A stretch of DNA of 64,000 nt from Eremomyces bilateralis CBS 781.70. Its lineage: Eukaryota. The translations under genes were made by a program, and so were the position numbers. Location of the stretch: NCBI GenBank assembly GCA_010015585.1, contig ML975156.1; one strand, written 5' to 3'. The notes below the pieces were generated by a model that made no database searches, was not told the origin of the DNA, and was given only the letters and a program-made list of their open reading frames with translations. The stretch's first letter is position 1; every line of letters begins with the position of its first letter. Positions 25,601-40,811 of the stretch are shown piece by piece.

Positions 25601-28600
25601 AAGGTGCGAATCGCTGAATCAATTCGAGTCAAAGACACGGCGAGGGTCGAACCATACGTTTCGAACAAGTGTTTGGGCCGTTCGCGTTTTGTCGGATTGA
25701 TAGATAGTGGCGGAAATATCGTGCTCCTCGCATTCTGGAGCAATTGTGCCCAAAAAGAATCGGCTTCTGCTGTTCTAGACAAAATAACCTCGTTAAGAAA
25801 CGGGTCAATGATAGGAAGAGCTGAGAGATGTTCGCCTTTACAGAGTTGCTGTACCTCTTTGACCAGCAAAGACATCGCTTCCCCGTCGTAGAGCGCATGA
25901 TGGCAGCAAAATATTATCTGGATAGCACCATCTACAAACTCCGCTACGGATGAGACGTATGGCGGCTGTATCGTTGCCACTTTGTCTTGCACAGTCGTTT
26001 TCTGGTGACCAATAACTTCATCCAGATCTTCCTCACTGGCGACGTGGACATGATGAGTCCTTGGCAAGTAACCATCGAGGAGTATCTGTGCAAACGGATA
26101 ATCTCTGTTTTGGGTACTTGCGAAGGCAGTTCGGAAGATATCGTGTCGTCTCAAGACAGTGTCCCAGGCGTGTATGACCTTCGACGAATCCTCATGAATG
26201 CTAAATCGCATGACGTTACAATACGCGTCGGGGGATGTAGACGATGTAGACATCATTGCCTCTTGCAATGCAGTGCAAGGCAATATGCGAGCAGCAGAGA
26301 GGTTATTGTTTCTGAACAGAGCGCGGAGGTCTGACAGGTCTGATTTTGTCCAGATATTCGAAAGGTCAACCTTTGTACGGCTTGGTTCATCAGATGACCT
26401 GCCCCGGCTAAGGGAAGCAATAGTTGGGAATCTGAGAAGTTGAGAGACCGTGGCTTGAATGTTGAGCAATTCTAGTCTCCGGGAAACAGTAATTGCTGAT
26501 ATCGAGTCGAGACCTAAGCCAAAAAAAGAAGAGGTCTTCTGGATTTCGCGTCGCGGTACTTGGAGAACCTCTCCAAGGACGCTGGCAATTGTGTGCTCCT
26601 CTTCCGTCCAATCCGTCATGTCTCCATCTGATGAACTTCCGACTGAGACGCCATTGAGATATACAGCATCCAGGGCCTCGAATTCGGCTTTCAGTGCTCG
26701 CCTATCCGCTTTGCCTTGTCGTGTCTGGGGGATCCTTCCGATGGGTATCAAATGAGTAGGAATCATATAGGCGGCGAGGCGTCTAGCACACACGTCGAAT
26801 AACTGGCACAAATCGTCTCCGAATTTTGTTAGATTAGAGACAACCGACGGTTCGCTCTGGGCAATGACCGGGACCCAGAATGTTACCAAGATATTGCCTC
26901 TTGCTGATGAGCCGATGACAAGGCTGCAGCAATCTTGTACAATATCCGTACTGCACAGAATGTGATTGATCTCACCCAATTCCACACGCTGGCCTCGAAT
27001 CTTGACTTGATCATCGCTCCGCCCAGCGAAGAGGAGCTGACCGTCTGGCAACAGGCGGCCCAGATCTCCGCTGCGATATAGCCGACCAAATGTAGGATGA
27101 ACCAAGAATTTCTCAGACGTCAAGTTCGGGTTGTTTAGATAACCCATGCACACCTGGCTGCCGCCGAAACATAACTCACCGATGGAGCCACGAGGAAGGA
27201 TCTCAAAACCCCTCACGCCTGAAACGAAGACAGACGTGTTCTTGAAAGGAGGACCGATATTGTTGATAACGTCCGAATCTTTGACGTCCTCTTTAACGGT
27301 GCAGATATTGGTGGTCTCACAAGGGCCATATCCCTGGAAGAGGCCTTTTCCGGTCCATCGACTTTTCACCACTTCAGTCAAGGCTTCCCCTGCTGTCACA
27401 AGGAACTGTACACTGGGCACATTTGCAGGATCCACCAATGCTGCAACAGTCGGAGTCATACTGAGGTGTGTAATCTGAAAAGTTCGAATTGCATGCTCTA
27501 AGTCGCGAAAGAGAGCGTCTTTTGGTGAACTGCATAAGGTCATGCCTGAATACCAGCAGAAAAAAATTTCAAACACGGAGACATCGAATGCAATCGAGCA
27601 TGCTTGCAAAAGTCGAGATCCGGCAGAAACAGCATATATGCTAGACAAAATCTCAAGGTTGCCGAGCAGATTTCCTTGCGAAACAAGGACGCCTTTTGGC
27701 AGCCCAGTCGAGCCTGAAGTGTATACCGCATATGCTGGAGATGAGAGCGGGACATGTTGGAGTGACTGAGAGGAGAAATCTCGCACATCTAGACTCTCTA
27801 CGTTCAATAGTACTTTGTCGCCGGACAACTCTAGCAACTCTGAAGTTGCATCCGAGACGATATGAATTCTGACCTGTGAATCATGAAGAATGGTTTCGAT
27901 TCTTTCTTGAGGAGTATCGGGAGTGATCGGTAAATAGCCTAGACCGGCTCTGACAATAGCCAAGACTGCAACATAGAACTCGACTGACTTGTCCATGTAG
28001 ATGCACGCCAATACGTCTGATGATTCTCGAAGAGCACATATGGCATGAGCCAGTCGATTGGCACGGTCTTCCAGATCCGCGTAAGTGATTTGGATGGTAG
28101 AAATATTGTCTTCGAAAGCCGATGTAAACCAAAGGGCTGTTCGATCTGGATAATCCCTTGCCCATCGACTGATTCGATCTGTCAACGCTTCGCTCGGGGG
28201 GGTCTGTTCTCGGATAGGAATCAAGGAAAGGAGATCGCTGGATAACCGTGGATGATAATCCGCAAAGCGTAATTGCGGATTCTCACAGGCGCAGGATACA
28301 AAGGTTTCGATCTGCCGCATAAGCACATGGATATGAGCAGCATCGATTATCGCTTCGTCGAATGTCGCTTTCAAGAGAATGTTGGAGTCTTGTGGCTCAA
28401 CTTCAAAATTGAGTGCGAATTCAGTGTAGTCAAAGCTGTCGACTATTCGAATGCTCGAGGGTGTCACCTTTGTGGAGGAAAGGCTCTCTTGCCATACAAA
28501 CAGGACATCGGTGATCATTTCGCCGGGGTTGAATCCGGCAAGCCTACGGATTTCTGACAAAGAAAGGTATGAATGGGCCAGTATATCTGTATTGAGCTGA

Positions 28601-31600
28601 TGGATTTTCCTCATGAGAGTGGCGGCAGGCGTTGAATCGTTCGTCAACAACCGTAGGGGAAGAGTCGCGATACAAGGGCCAAGGATGTTTTCGATTCCTG
28701 GGACGGGAATCATTCGCCCTGACGTGACCGACGCCAAACATACGTCGTCCACGCCCTTGTAGAGTCCGATAAGATGTGCCAGGGCCGCCTGGAAAAGGAC
28801 CTGCGGAGAGACGTTGAGGTTCGCAGCAGCTTCTCGTACTCCGTGAAGAGAACCTTCCATGACTGTTGCGATTGTTTTGAGTTTATGTTGAACGCTCACA
28901 GCGTTGAGGAGAGGTAACGGAATGAATGGGTAGTCCTTCAATTGCTGAACCCAAAACCGCTCTGATTTCATGCGGGTCGTTTTCTCAACGGGTCGCATCG
29001 TGAAATCGACCACCGAGGAAAACTGAGGGCGCTGGAGGATGGATTTGCGATGAATGTATCCATAGAGGTCGTCGAGCATCAGATCCATGGACCACCCATC
29101 ATAGATCAAGTGAGACATATGGATGAGCACTTTGGTGGGGTTGCTGTTTCTTTCTATGAGTATATGAAGCGGCGAAGCGATGTTCATCTCGCGAGATGCC
29201 TCTGTGTTTTTGTCGAAGTTCTCGAATGTATCAACCTCGACACAAGTATCCCCAGGCAAACTCTTCCGGATAACTTGAAGGTATGGCATAGATTCGGTAG
29301 TGCCTAGAGCAAATCCGGTCCGTAGTATTTCGTTGGAGGCCACAAGATGCTCGAATGCATTGGTAACAGTATGGGCAGAAAAGGTCCCCGGAATTTCGAT
29401 TTGTACCCAGTTCCGGTAGGCTCGACCACTCTTCTCCATCTCAGCAAGCATGGAGAGCTGAAGAGGAGTGCAGGGTATGATCTTGAGTATCTCATCTTTT
29501 GCCATTCGTCCTGCAGCGTCAGGATGGACTTGGTCAAGCCCAAGAGATGGAATCTCTCTCTTCGGCTCGGTTTCATTGGCGACCGTCCGACCCTGGATGT
29601 GCTCAATTAAGTCTTCCACGGTGGAGCAGGATAGGAGAGCAGTCGCACTAAGATTGAAACCTTCATCCCTCAGTGCTGATGCTGCTGAGATTGCCCTCAA
29701 CGAGTCGAGCCCCGAACTTGCAAGTGGCGTGTCTGGAGCCAACCGAACTTGCAAAATCCTTTCTAAGACCTTGCTTATCCCAGAAGCCGTAGTGATTTCA
29801 TAGGATTTTTCTACCTCTCCGTTCAAAACCGAGGCTCGTTTTTGCAGAAATTGGGATTCGAGCAGCTTCCGATTGATCTTTCCCGATGGAAGATATGGAA
29901 TCTCATCTATGATCTCTACCGACCCAGGCACCATGAAAGAGGGAAGCCAAGTCTTCGAATATTGTACAATGGCCTCAGGAGAGGGCACCGATACTTGGTT
30001 CGTGAAGCGGCAGAAGACAACCAGTGACCCCGAGACGATACTCGCAACAGCTGTATCGCATCCAGCAAACTTGCTTATAGCGTGTTCTACTTCCCCGAGT
30101 TCTACTCGCTGGCCTCGTAATTTCACTTGACTCGTATCAAGTCTCCCGATATACTCGAGAGCTCCAGAGGGCAGCATTCGCACCTGGTCGCCGGTTCGGT
30201 ACAGGCGACCAATGTTTTCGGTGTCGACGAAGGCTTTCGCGGTTTGCTCTTCACGGTTCAGGTATTCTCGGGCTAGTTGGTATCCCCCTATAGCCAGTTC
30301 ACCAACGTAACCCACTGGAAGGATTTCGACTTGGCAGTGAGACCCGTCTTCACGGGGGCTAACCACATAAGCCGAGCCGCACGAGAATGTGCGACCGAGG
30401 AGTCCAGCCTTCAACCTGGAATTGAAAGCCGGTTGAATTGCGCAATGAATTGCACACTCTGTCGGACCGTACAATGCCCAAAGAATACTGGGTTCCGTTT
30501 CCGTACCGCCAAATTCGACGACAACTCGGCCAGTTAGTTTCTCTCCAATTGTCAACAGGAGGCGAAGGCTTGGGACGGTTGAGCGTTGTTTCAGCAGATT
30601 TCCTGCCACTGTTGGCGTGAGTTCTGCAGCATCGACGTCCAGCTGGCGCATCATTGTGGGAAGATCATCTATTAGTATCTCGCGACTGCACGACACAAGA
30701 GTCGCTCCTCGAAACCACGTGAAAAAGATCTCGAAAATACAAACGTCGAAGGTGGGCGAAGCGAACTGCAAGAATCGTGAAAAGTGGGGTAACTCTCTAT
30801 CATGGGAAAGTAGACTCTGAGTAACGGCAAAATGAGATACGGCAACTCCTTTTGGCGTACCGGTAGAGCCGGACGTGTACATGATGTACGCCAAATCGGA
30901 ACCATGGATGACGGGATTGAAATCGACTCTGGCTTGGGAAGAGAGGTCGGAGTATGAGAATGAAATGATCCTTGCTCCTTGAATACCGTCAAGTCGTTTC
31001 CGCTGAGACTCGGTTGTTACGACGGCAGGGGCGGAAGTATCAGAGATAACAAACCGAAGCCGCTCCTCGGGAGCGTCAAGCTGAAGCGGACAGAATGCGC
31101 AGCCTGCTTTAAGTATGGCCAGAAGGGAGATATATAATTCAGGGGACTGTGGGATCAAGACCGGGATGATCTGCTGGATTTCCGAACGAGTATCCTTGCA
31201 AACCCTCACTATTCGAGCAGCGAGGATGTCCGATGCGTATTGAAGGTCTTGGTACGACAGAACTCGCCGACCGGCTTCGCTATCAATGAAGTCAAGGGCC
31301 GTTTGAGTGCTGGCTGTATTTCTGATCAAGTCATGCAGCAGTTCAGGGCCGTCTTGGCGCTCAGGAACAGGATTCAGTTGAGATAAGCGGAGATCTCGTG
31401 AAGCATCCATATGGCAGCATTTTTGAAGGATAGAAATGAAACATTTGGCCAGTTGATCCTGGAATGAACAGGGTATCAAGGCGGAAGCCTTGAAATGTGC
31501 TGTTCGGCCACCGATGGAAATAAAAAGAATGATGGCCAAGTCGTTCGCATCCTTCGTCTGCTTGCCGTTAGCAGGAATTTTAACCAACACGTGCCTGGCG

Positions 31601-31895
31601 TTCGCACAGTTGACTGAAATAGGACTGCAGTGCCATCTTGTCTTCCCAGGTCGGCAGCGTTGACCTGCGAGAGCTGTACATGAGCTTCCTCTCCTTCAAC
31701 ATCTGTGCTAACCACTGAGTCATCAGCCAGGAACCGGACTTGGGTATCGCCTGTAAATGCTTGGAGAAGATGGCTCCATGCAAGTAGAACCACTCTCTGG
31801 TCAAGTACGTTTTGGTCCAGAGAGCAGGTCCATGAATGACACTCTCCTTGAGGTTCCGCAAAGTCTGTGAGGTTGGGAAACCGGGTAAGATCCAT
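16699..31895 (-). CDS. sidC: Ferrichrome/ferricrocin-type siderophore NRPS (NPS2/SidC family), A-T-C-A-T-C-T-C-A-T-C-T-C-T-C, about 5,013 aa, 4 exons
   Basis: Three A-domain cores (YTSGSTGTPKG, YTSGSTGLPKG, YTSGTTGTPKG), six T sites (GLDSL, GLDSI, GVDSI, GLDSI, GLDSI, GLDSI) and six C cores (SHLIYDG, HHALYDG, LHALYDA, FHGLYDG, SHALYDG, HHALYDA). Introns 31607-31558, 23532-23478 and 16886-16837. Lies next to sidA. Confidence 0.95.
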
Positions 31896-33702
31896 GGTGA
31901 TGGGGGGTCGGTAGGCGTGGCTGTCTCCGATCGACAATAGAGAGCTTGGTGGGCACAACAGGCGAGATAGGATGACGTCTCGGCGTCAATGATGAGGCTC
32001 TATCATTGTCCTCAATGCCGGTACATGGCGCGATGGGTAGCGGATGGTTCAGAGAATGAACCGCGGTGTAATGTTTCCTTTTCAAGTAACCACTACAAAG
32101 TACATCGAGAGGAAGGAGGGGGTTGCTTGGGCAGGAAAGCGAGGCGCTGGAGGGGTTTCCGCCGTTTGTCCCCTCCAAGACATGATCCATGGGGGTAAGT
32201 CTCTGCGTTTCTGGTTGTCCATGTGGGTTTGGAGTATTAGTGCCTGTGGGTTCATCGGATCCGATGCGACGTGGAGCTATTCGGATGAGCCGGTGAGGAG
32301 GAGTCTTGTATTATTAGCGGACAAGGATAGCTCATTCCTCTCCAGACTTTGAATGATGGACTGCAGCGCAAATTGGACTCCTCCGCCTGTGGCTCAATGC
32401 TGACTCAATACAGGTATCAATACGGTGCTTAGGAACAATATGTATCGTCCATATAATAATACCGGCAACAAGGACAGTATTCCATACTAGTATCAATGCA
32501 TATGAGCTGGTGAGTGAAGATGTGGTGGTGAACTGAGATGGTGAAATCGCCGTGGGATTGGACGAAGTCACCGAACTGCCAAACGCGTCGCGTCATCTGC
32601 CGCAACGAAAATACAGGGAAGAACGCTAGGCTGACCAACCTCCAGGGAAAAGGGCAGCCTACGCGATTCGGCAATTTCCGGGAGGAGCCAGCCACCCAAA
32701 ACATCCAGATCCTCATGCTCTGGATCCTCATGTTCTCTACCAGACTTTACGAACCGAAATCCCTTACCTACAGTACTTATTGTTCGAACGGTCGTAGTGG
32801 TACACAAGTCGTAAATGGTAAGTAAACGCCGTACGGAGTATGTGTCTCACGCTTATCCTACACCCAACCGATTTCCAGCCAATGGACAATATGAAGCAGT
32901 GCTTCGGAGGCCTAAGATACTATTAAGTATATATGTCTCATGGCACCTGGCATTATAAACTCGAGCGACGGGGTACCAGAATCAAGGCTACTGTTTTATT
33001 TGACTTTGATCAAGATCAGTCAGTTTGTCTACCATAATTACCGTATATCTATGCTGCGTCGAGCACGGACATGTCGAGTTGCTTCTAGCCGAAATGTCAC
33101 ACCAATTCGAACTTCGAAGGCCAATATAAATATATGGAAATCTACTGCGGGCATGTCTCTGTCCAAAGTCCAAACCAAGGGCCAGTCGAATTGCATTGAA
33201 ACTAACCCAAGAGAGTAATCTAGACGATAGCCTTTCTGCGAGAAGATGGTCAATAGAGTGGTACACTCATGTTCCTCCCATCAGAGCCAACTGCACGGTG
33301 ATGGATGCCAATTGCTATCAACCCGGTTCTAACTAAACGTTCACACTGTGTGAACCGGAAATGCACTGCGCGCATCCGTGGTGGCAGAAATTGATGGCAC
33401 TGAGGCGTATTCCGTACGTACTCTGGGGCCAAAACGCTCGATCGTCACCTCCTTGCCCCTTTTACGTTTCTTTACATTTAGTAAGTCAATACGATTCTCC
33501 CTTCACGTAGGCTGGAAGAACGTCGACGGTGATGGATCATCAATTTCCCCCACCCAGGAATCAGGATGACGTTCTCCGTTTTCGGTTCTTCTCGATGTTT
33601 GGTCCGGTCTCGTTGGGAATGTTGGAAATGTGGAATACGGACACGGCCCGTCTCATTCTTCAAACGCACCCTCCGTTGTCGGCAGCCAAGCGTCTCATAC
33701 GG

Positions 33703-33866
33703 ATCTGATAACTTCGAGAATCCGCACTAAGCTGTCCTTGTTCGTAATTAGCGCTGCAAATTTCCACTCGTTGGCGCTCTTTGGACTCCAACAAGCTGTC
33801 GACAACCTGCAAAGATCCTTTCCCCCTGATAATTTCCGGCTTATCTGATGATCTTGATTTGATAAG
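33703..33866. promoter_or_regulatory. Cluster of iron-responsive GATA-repressor (SreA/Sre1/Urbs1-type) sites
   Basis: ATCTGATAA at 33703-33711; TTATCTGAT (ATCAGATAA on the minus strand) at 33841-33849; CTGATAA at 33826-33832; TGATAAG at 33860-33866. Two exact matches to ATCWGATAA in the NRPS-sidA intergenic region. Confidence 0.85.
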
Positions 33867-34670
33867 ATCTTCTCCCTGGTCGAATTGTTGGTACAGACCT
33901 GGGATTATTGACGGCTCCCCCCACTCGATACATCCACAGTTCCACTCACATGTGCCTCATAAGAAGCCTAAAGCACGTTGTCTGAACACGCATATCCGCC
34001 ATTTGCAGAATGGTCTGATGCTTTTCAGATGTCCATCGCATGATCCATCCTTCTGCCCCGGTTAAAGCTGCTCAAGGAAAGGGTACCAGCGGTCGAAACC
34101 GAACCAACCGCCCCGACACCAAGAAAAGTCCACGGAACTTTCAGGGCATCCGCTTCCTTAATCATGGACTCAATTGCACGATCATCCAGCTGGCCATCTG
34201 TGACCCTGGACCATGCTCCACTTCGCTCGTAAGAAGTTAAGAACACCCTCCTCGCCTGTCGTGAAAGTCTTTTTGTTTCGCCTTGTTTCTCTCGTACCTT
34301 TCCCTCCCGATCCTCGCCAGTCCAGAGTCATTCTAGAACCTGATTTGGACCTGTACAAGTCGGAGTACCGGAAACTATCTTGTACACCATCAATTTGATC
34401 AAAATCACCCTCCCTCCTGTCCATCCGCGTATTGAGCCGTTTTCTGCGATACCTCACTCCTAGTTCGTCGTTCCGTCACACCGAATTGTATCTTGTACAC
34501 CTCTCAGTTTTAAATCCTTATTGGCAGAGCATTTGTTGGACGAACCCAGAGAATTCGTTCCCTATCGATTGCTCGAGTAAATTCCTTCGACTTGATACCA
34601 CCACTCTGCCACGTGGAGTCCCTTTCAAGATATTTGCCGCTTCAATTGTCATATCGACCACTTCATAGCT

Positions 34671-36386
<1,716 letters not shown>

Positions 36387-36730
36387 ATGGACAAACTCAT
36401 GGCGTGAACGACGGGCTACAATTTTTCAGTTAAAAGACTGCCGAACGGTGTTTCGAAGCGGATGGAATCGTATTGGCTGAACGTTTTACATTTAATCGGA
36501 GTCAATTCAAATTACTGAAAAGCCGAAGGGATATGGCGAGAGTGATTGCTAGAACAATTGAAGGTTTCCCAAGCGCACCAGGTCCCATCAACGCCAGCTC
36601 GAGCTTCGTGCATAATGCCATCTAATCGAACTAGAGAGATGAAAATTTCAGCCCAACAGGCAGCAAAATTAAACCATACTGTCCTTCGCGTCATCTCGCT
36701 AGGATTTCTAGGGGACGTGGTCCTATCGCT

Positions 36731-39700
36731 CTACTGCGACGGTAAACCAACCTGACCGTTCCCCTGTTCTCCTCCTGCGACAGCTTGCGCCTGTTGCTGA
36801 GCTAAGGCTAATGCTTCGGCTTCGGCCGCAGCGATCTGATCGGCCTGCACCACGGCACCTTGAATGACTTGCTGTTCTTCAGGTGTAAGGGATTTCGTGA
36901 GGTTATCGTAGAGCTGCGGCTGCTCTTGTTGCAGGCCTAACAACGGAAATATTAGCAGACTGATAATACGCGAGTCATCACAGAGGTATGCACATACGTA
37001 GCAGTGCAGACTTGAATACACCGTAAGGTTCGAGCTTGTCAAGAGGTGTTTCCAGGAGGCTCTCCTCTTCCAGCTCGTCATCATCTTCCGATTTGAATTT
37101 CTCGGCCTGCGATTGATGTTAGACCCGTCACTAGGGGATCGATACGAGATGTTTACCTCTTCATGGAGGAACTCCAAATACGCGGCACCCTCATCCTTGA
37201 CATCTTCTCCCTCATCAGCATCATCCCACTCTCCAGGATCGACCCATTCCTCGTCATCGTCATCGTCGTACTCATTGTTGAGCTCGAAGCTTTCCTCCTG
37301 CTTCGCCTCTTCACGATCTGTATACGGTCAGTCACCCACGAATCCCATTAGAGCGATGAACTTACTTTTCATGGCAGTTGGAAGTGTCTGGAACAACCGG
37401 ACCGTGCCTTGCAACAATCTAGGCCAACCTTGCTGAACGCTCACTGGGACATGATCCGCGGGTAATGTTAACAGGCTCGTGATCGCGGCGATGCAGAGCT
37501 TCTTGTCATGTACCCGTGAGAAGTTGTCAATGCTCGAGAACCAGATGCTGAAAAATTTGTTGGTCCACCCGTTCCCCTCCAGGACCTGCATCGCCATCAA
37601 GGGATTGTAGTAAATTCCGTTGATGACCATCTCCATCAAATGGACGCGGTGTGACTTGACCTTTGGCTCATCACTGAGGAGGTGCATCATACCGAATTGA
37701 ATGAACTCCGGAACATATGCATCCACGTGCCCTCGCAGAGAAAGCATGATGACTTCGGCAATCTTGCAGCCACAGATCCGCTCCACACCACCAACCTTCT
37801 CGTCTTTGAAGATCACGCGGGGAATATCAATGATCGCATCTAGATAGTCTTTGTTCTGGACCAGTTGTGCTGCGCCATAGGTAACATAGTTCTCTAGCGC
37901 CGGAAGCATGTCTTCCAAGTACAGCTCGGCGCCGGACTTGAATGTTCTGTGAATGAGGAGGAAGGCGTGCCACATGGTCGGGGAGATGGATTTCGCAGCA
38001 AAGGTGCAGCTGTCGATGATTTCGAAGACTTCGTTGTAGAGATCATAGAGCTTATTCTCCAGCGTGATTTCGATCACGGGCATGAGAATAGTCTCCAAAT
38101 GTAACAGGACCTCGGGTGTGCTTTCAAGGGTCAGAATCAATGTGCCGATCGTCTGAAGGACGCCAAGCGCGGTGATGCTTTTGTCATCCAAGAACTCGCC
38201 GTAGTCCTCGGGATCGCGGGATTGATTGCGTTCGACCAGTTCTCGGACGATGCGCAGGTAGGTATCTCGTAGCTGTTCGCAAAGAGCGACAGCAAACGGC
38301 GTGAGTTCGGCGGCAAACACGTCCACGAACTCCTCCATCACGTTCGTCAGAGCGTCCACGTCCACCTCGTTCGCGAGCTTCAGCAGCTGTTGCATGATAT
38401 GTGGGATGTTCTGCTGCATCATGGTTCGGATCGGGACATGTCGAATGAGAGGTTGAAGTGCGAGCGCGGCTTCCACGCGAACCGGGAGTTCGGGGTCCGC
38501 CATTGATTCCAGGATGTTTCGGTAGATGAGGAGAAGGTTGTTGGGGTCCTGGAAGTCCAGTCGCTCGAACTTTTCCAGCGTATCGCAGGCTCGCGCTCGC
38601 AAGAATCCGTGGTCACTACGGAACTCGGGGAACACGTGGCGAACAAAGAAGTATTCGACCTGATCCGCAATTGGGCTCTTCTTCCCCAAAATGACCGGAG
38701 CCAAGGTTCCGATCATTCTCAATGCACCCTCTTTCGCCCGGGGATCCTTTTCGTTATCGGGCGCTGCCTCATACTTGTTGACCACGCTGTTGACAAACTC
38801 CAGCACCGCGAACGTCTGCTTCCGACGGTTCTTCGTGAGGTCGAGCAGGAAGTTCACCGCCGCGACATCCGGTGCGGACACTTCCTCGTAAAAATTTAAC
38901 TTCCGGTGAAGATACTCCTGTGGGTCGGTTTCGAAGAGCTCGATGTCCTCATCGGACTGGCAGAGGACGGGGAAAAGGAGATGCTCGATCAAGGTGGCCA
39001 GATGCGGCTTCAAATGTTTCCATGTCGATTTGGGTTTGATACACTCCGCCATGAAGGCCAAGGTGAAAGACAAGCACGGCTTGCTCAGCCATACCGTCTT
39101 CGCCACCCACTGCTCGATTTGTTGGAAGTACGCCTTCAGAATCTCCGGGGCGAAGTTGGTGATGAATGTTTTGGCGAAGTTGGTATAATCTTCGCCGCTT
39201 GCGCCTTTGGTGACCGATCCAGGAGTGCCATATCTACCACGGTTAGCAGTTGAGGATTTCTTCGAGGGCAGTCCACGTCGTACCTCGCAAACAGTCGGTT
39301 CAAATTCGCATAAGACCACTTCTTGGCTTTCCACCAATGATTCAAGGCCCGTTCCTCGAGATCCTCGACCATGGCAGCGGCGGGTGCCGGCTTCGAGACG
39401 ATGGTCAGGAACAATGTACACCATCCCACAACCACTTGCTCTTGTTGAAGATGCGCCGGAAGCTCGAACTATATATCGTCAGCATCGTTCCCTGGGCAAA
39501 GCGCAGCGCACTGACATATATCGCATGTTTATAGCACTTCACAATGGTGTGGAGGATCTCCCCGGCCTCGCTGCTCTCTTCGTTGACGAGCTTGTTGCCG
39601 ATGTTGAGCAAATGTGGGAAAGTGACCTCGACCACCTTCTCGAACTCCTGTCGCTGTTCTCCCGCTTTGAACCGGTACACTTTGCAGACGGAGAGCAAGC

Positions 39701-40262
39701 ATAATGCACCGGCAAAGACCGAGTTGGCGTCGTTCCCGTTCAGAAGCTGCAAGCTCAGATCCAAAAAGTTGGGCCATTGTTGAGGAAAATCGTAGGTGAG
39801 CATTTTGGTGATGGTCGGGACCAGTTGGGCGCGCATCGCAGGGGAGGAGGAGACCAACACCGGCACCAGGCGCTGTCTCATGGTATTTTTCTCCTCCTCT
39901 GATATCGGCTTGCCCTGTGTATGGTCGTCGTGTGGAGCCCATCCTTTCGTGACACGGTTCTTCAGGTAAATGACCGCTGTCCACCTGTTAGCCAGCGATT
40001 TCCTTCTGCACCAAGGCACAATTCCTTACCGGAGAGTCGAATATTGGTATCCTGATCGGAGTCGAGGATGCTAAGGAGAGCATCCGCGAACCCGGGATTT
40101 TCCTCCGCCTAGACGATGTGAGCTTGTTGATATGTAGGTAAAGGAATGCGCCGCCAGCCAGACATGTCGTACATATTTCAAATCGATCTCGGCCTGTCGC
40201 CGAATATCAGCATTCGGATCGAGAGTGGCGGCGATCCTGCCCCTCAGGATATTTCCGTCCAT
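36731..40262 (-). CDS. nmd5: Importin-7/8-like karyopherin Nmd5, multi-exon
   Basis: IBN_N start MDGNILRGRIAATLDPNADIRRQAEIDLKY/AEENPGF, AVIYLKNRV, WWKAKKWSYANLNRLF, HEAT repeats (KEGALRMIG, FLRARAC, RVHDKKL) and an acidic C-terminal tract. Several short GT-AG introns; the first is 40172-40109. Confidence 0.93.
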
Positions 40263-40711
40263 ATTGAGGTGGGATTCGAGAATAAATTGAGCAAAGGGAG
40301 GAAGAGAATTGAATGGGCGCAGAGGCGAGGAGAAAGCACTTGGAGCAAATGCAATAACACAAGATGGATCAAGATGCAAGCTGCATCGAAGCAGCGGATC
40401 CTATCGAGGGATAAAATAAGGAGCACTAGAGGGGGTGGTGTGGTTGAGATGTTGTTTTTGGGCAGAATGGTTAATGGCCCTGACCGTCTGTAGAGGATTC
40501 CATAGGCACAGTCGGCGTCCAACAAGAAAACTGTCGATGGGAAGTTGGTGTGGGATGTGGGATGCAGTGGAGTCGAGGGCTCATGCCTCAGGCCTCAAGG
40601 CTGCATCTCACGTGCTGCTAGGATAAACAACGGATCAACCGATCAACATGGATCGCATTCATTCGATGGTTTCAGACAGGACTTTGGTCACTAATTACAT
40701 CTCATCCACTA

Positions 40712-40754
40712 ACGTAATCCACCAGCGAGTCGCCCAAACCACCGAGTCGCCCAC
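40712..40754 (+). repeat. Left TIR, containing two copies of CGAGTCGCCCA
   Basis: Exact reverse complement of 42514-42556. Confidence 0.95.
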
Positions 40755-40811
40755 CTCAACCGTGGCCCACTACCGTAACCTGAATATCTCAACAACTACT
40801 GAAGCAATTTA

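Noticed and set aside
31896..34670. HapX/CBC bipartite site (CSAAT-N12-RWT) or a hidden cluster gene between the NRPS and sidA
   Set aside because: The CCAAT/CGAAT sites I checked by eye lacked the downstream submotif (not exhaustive), and the short ORFs show no protein-like features.
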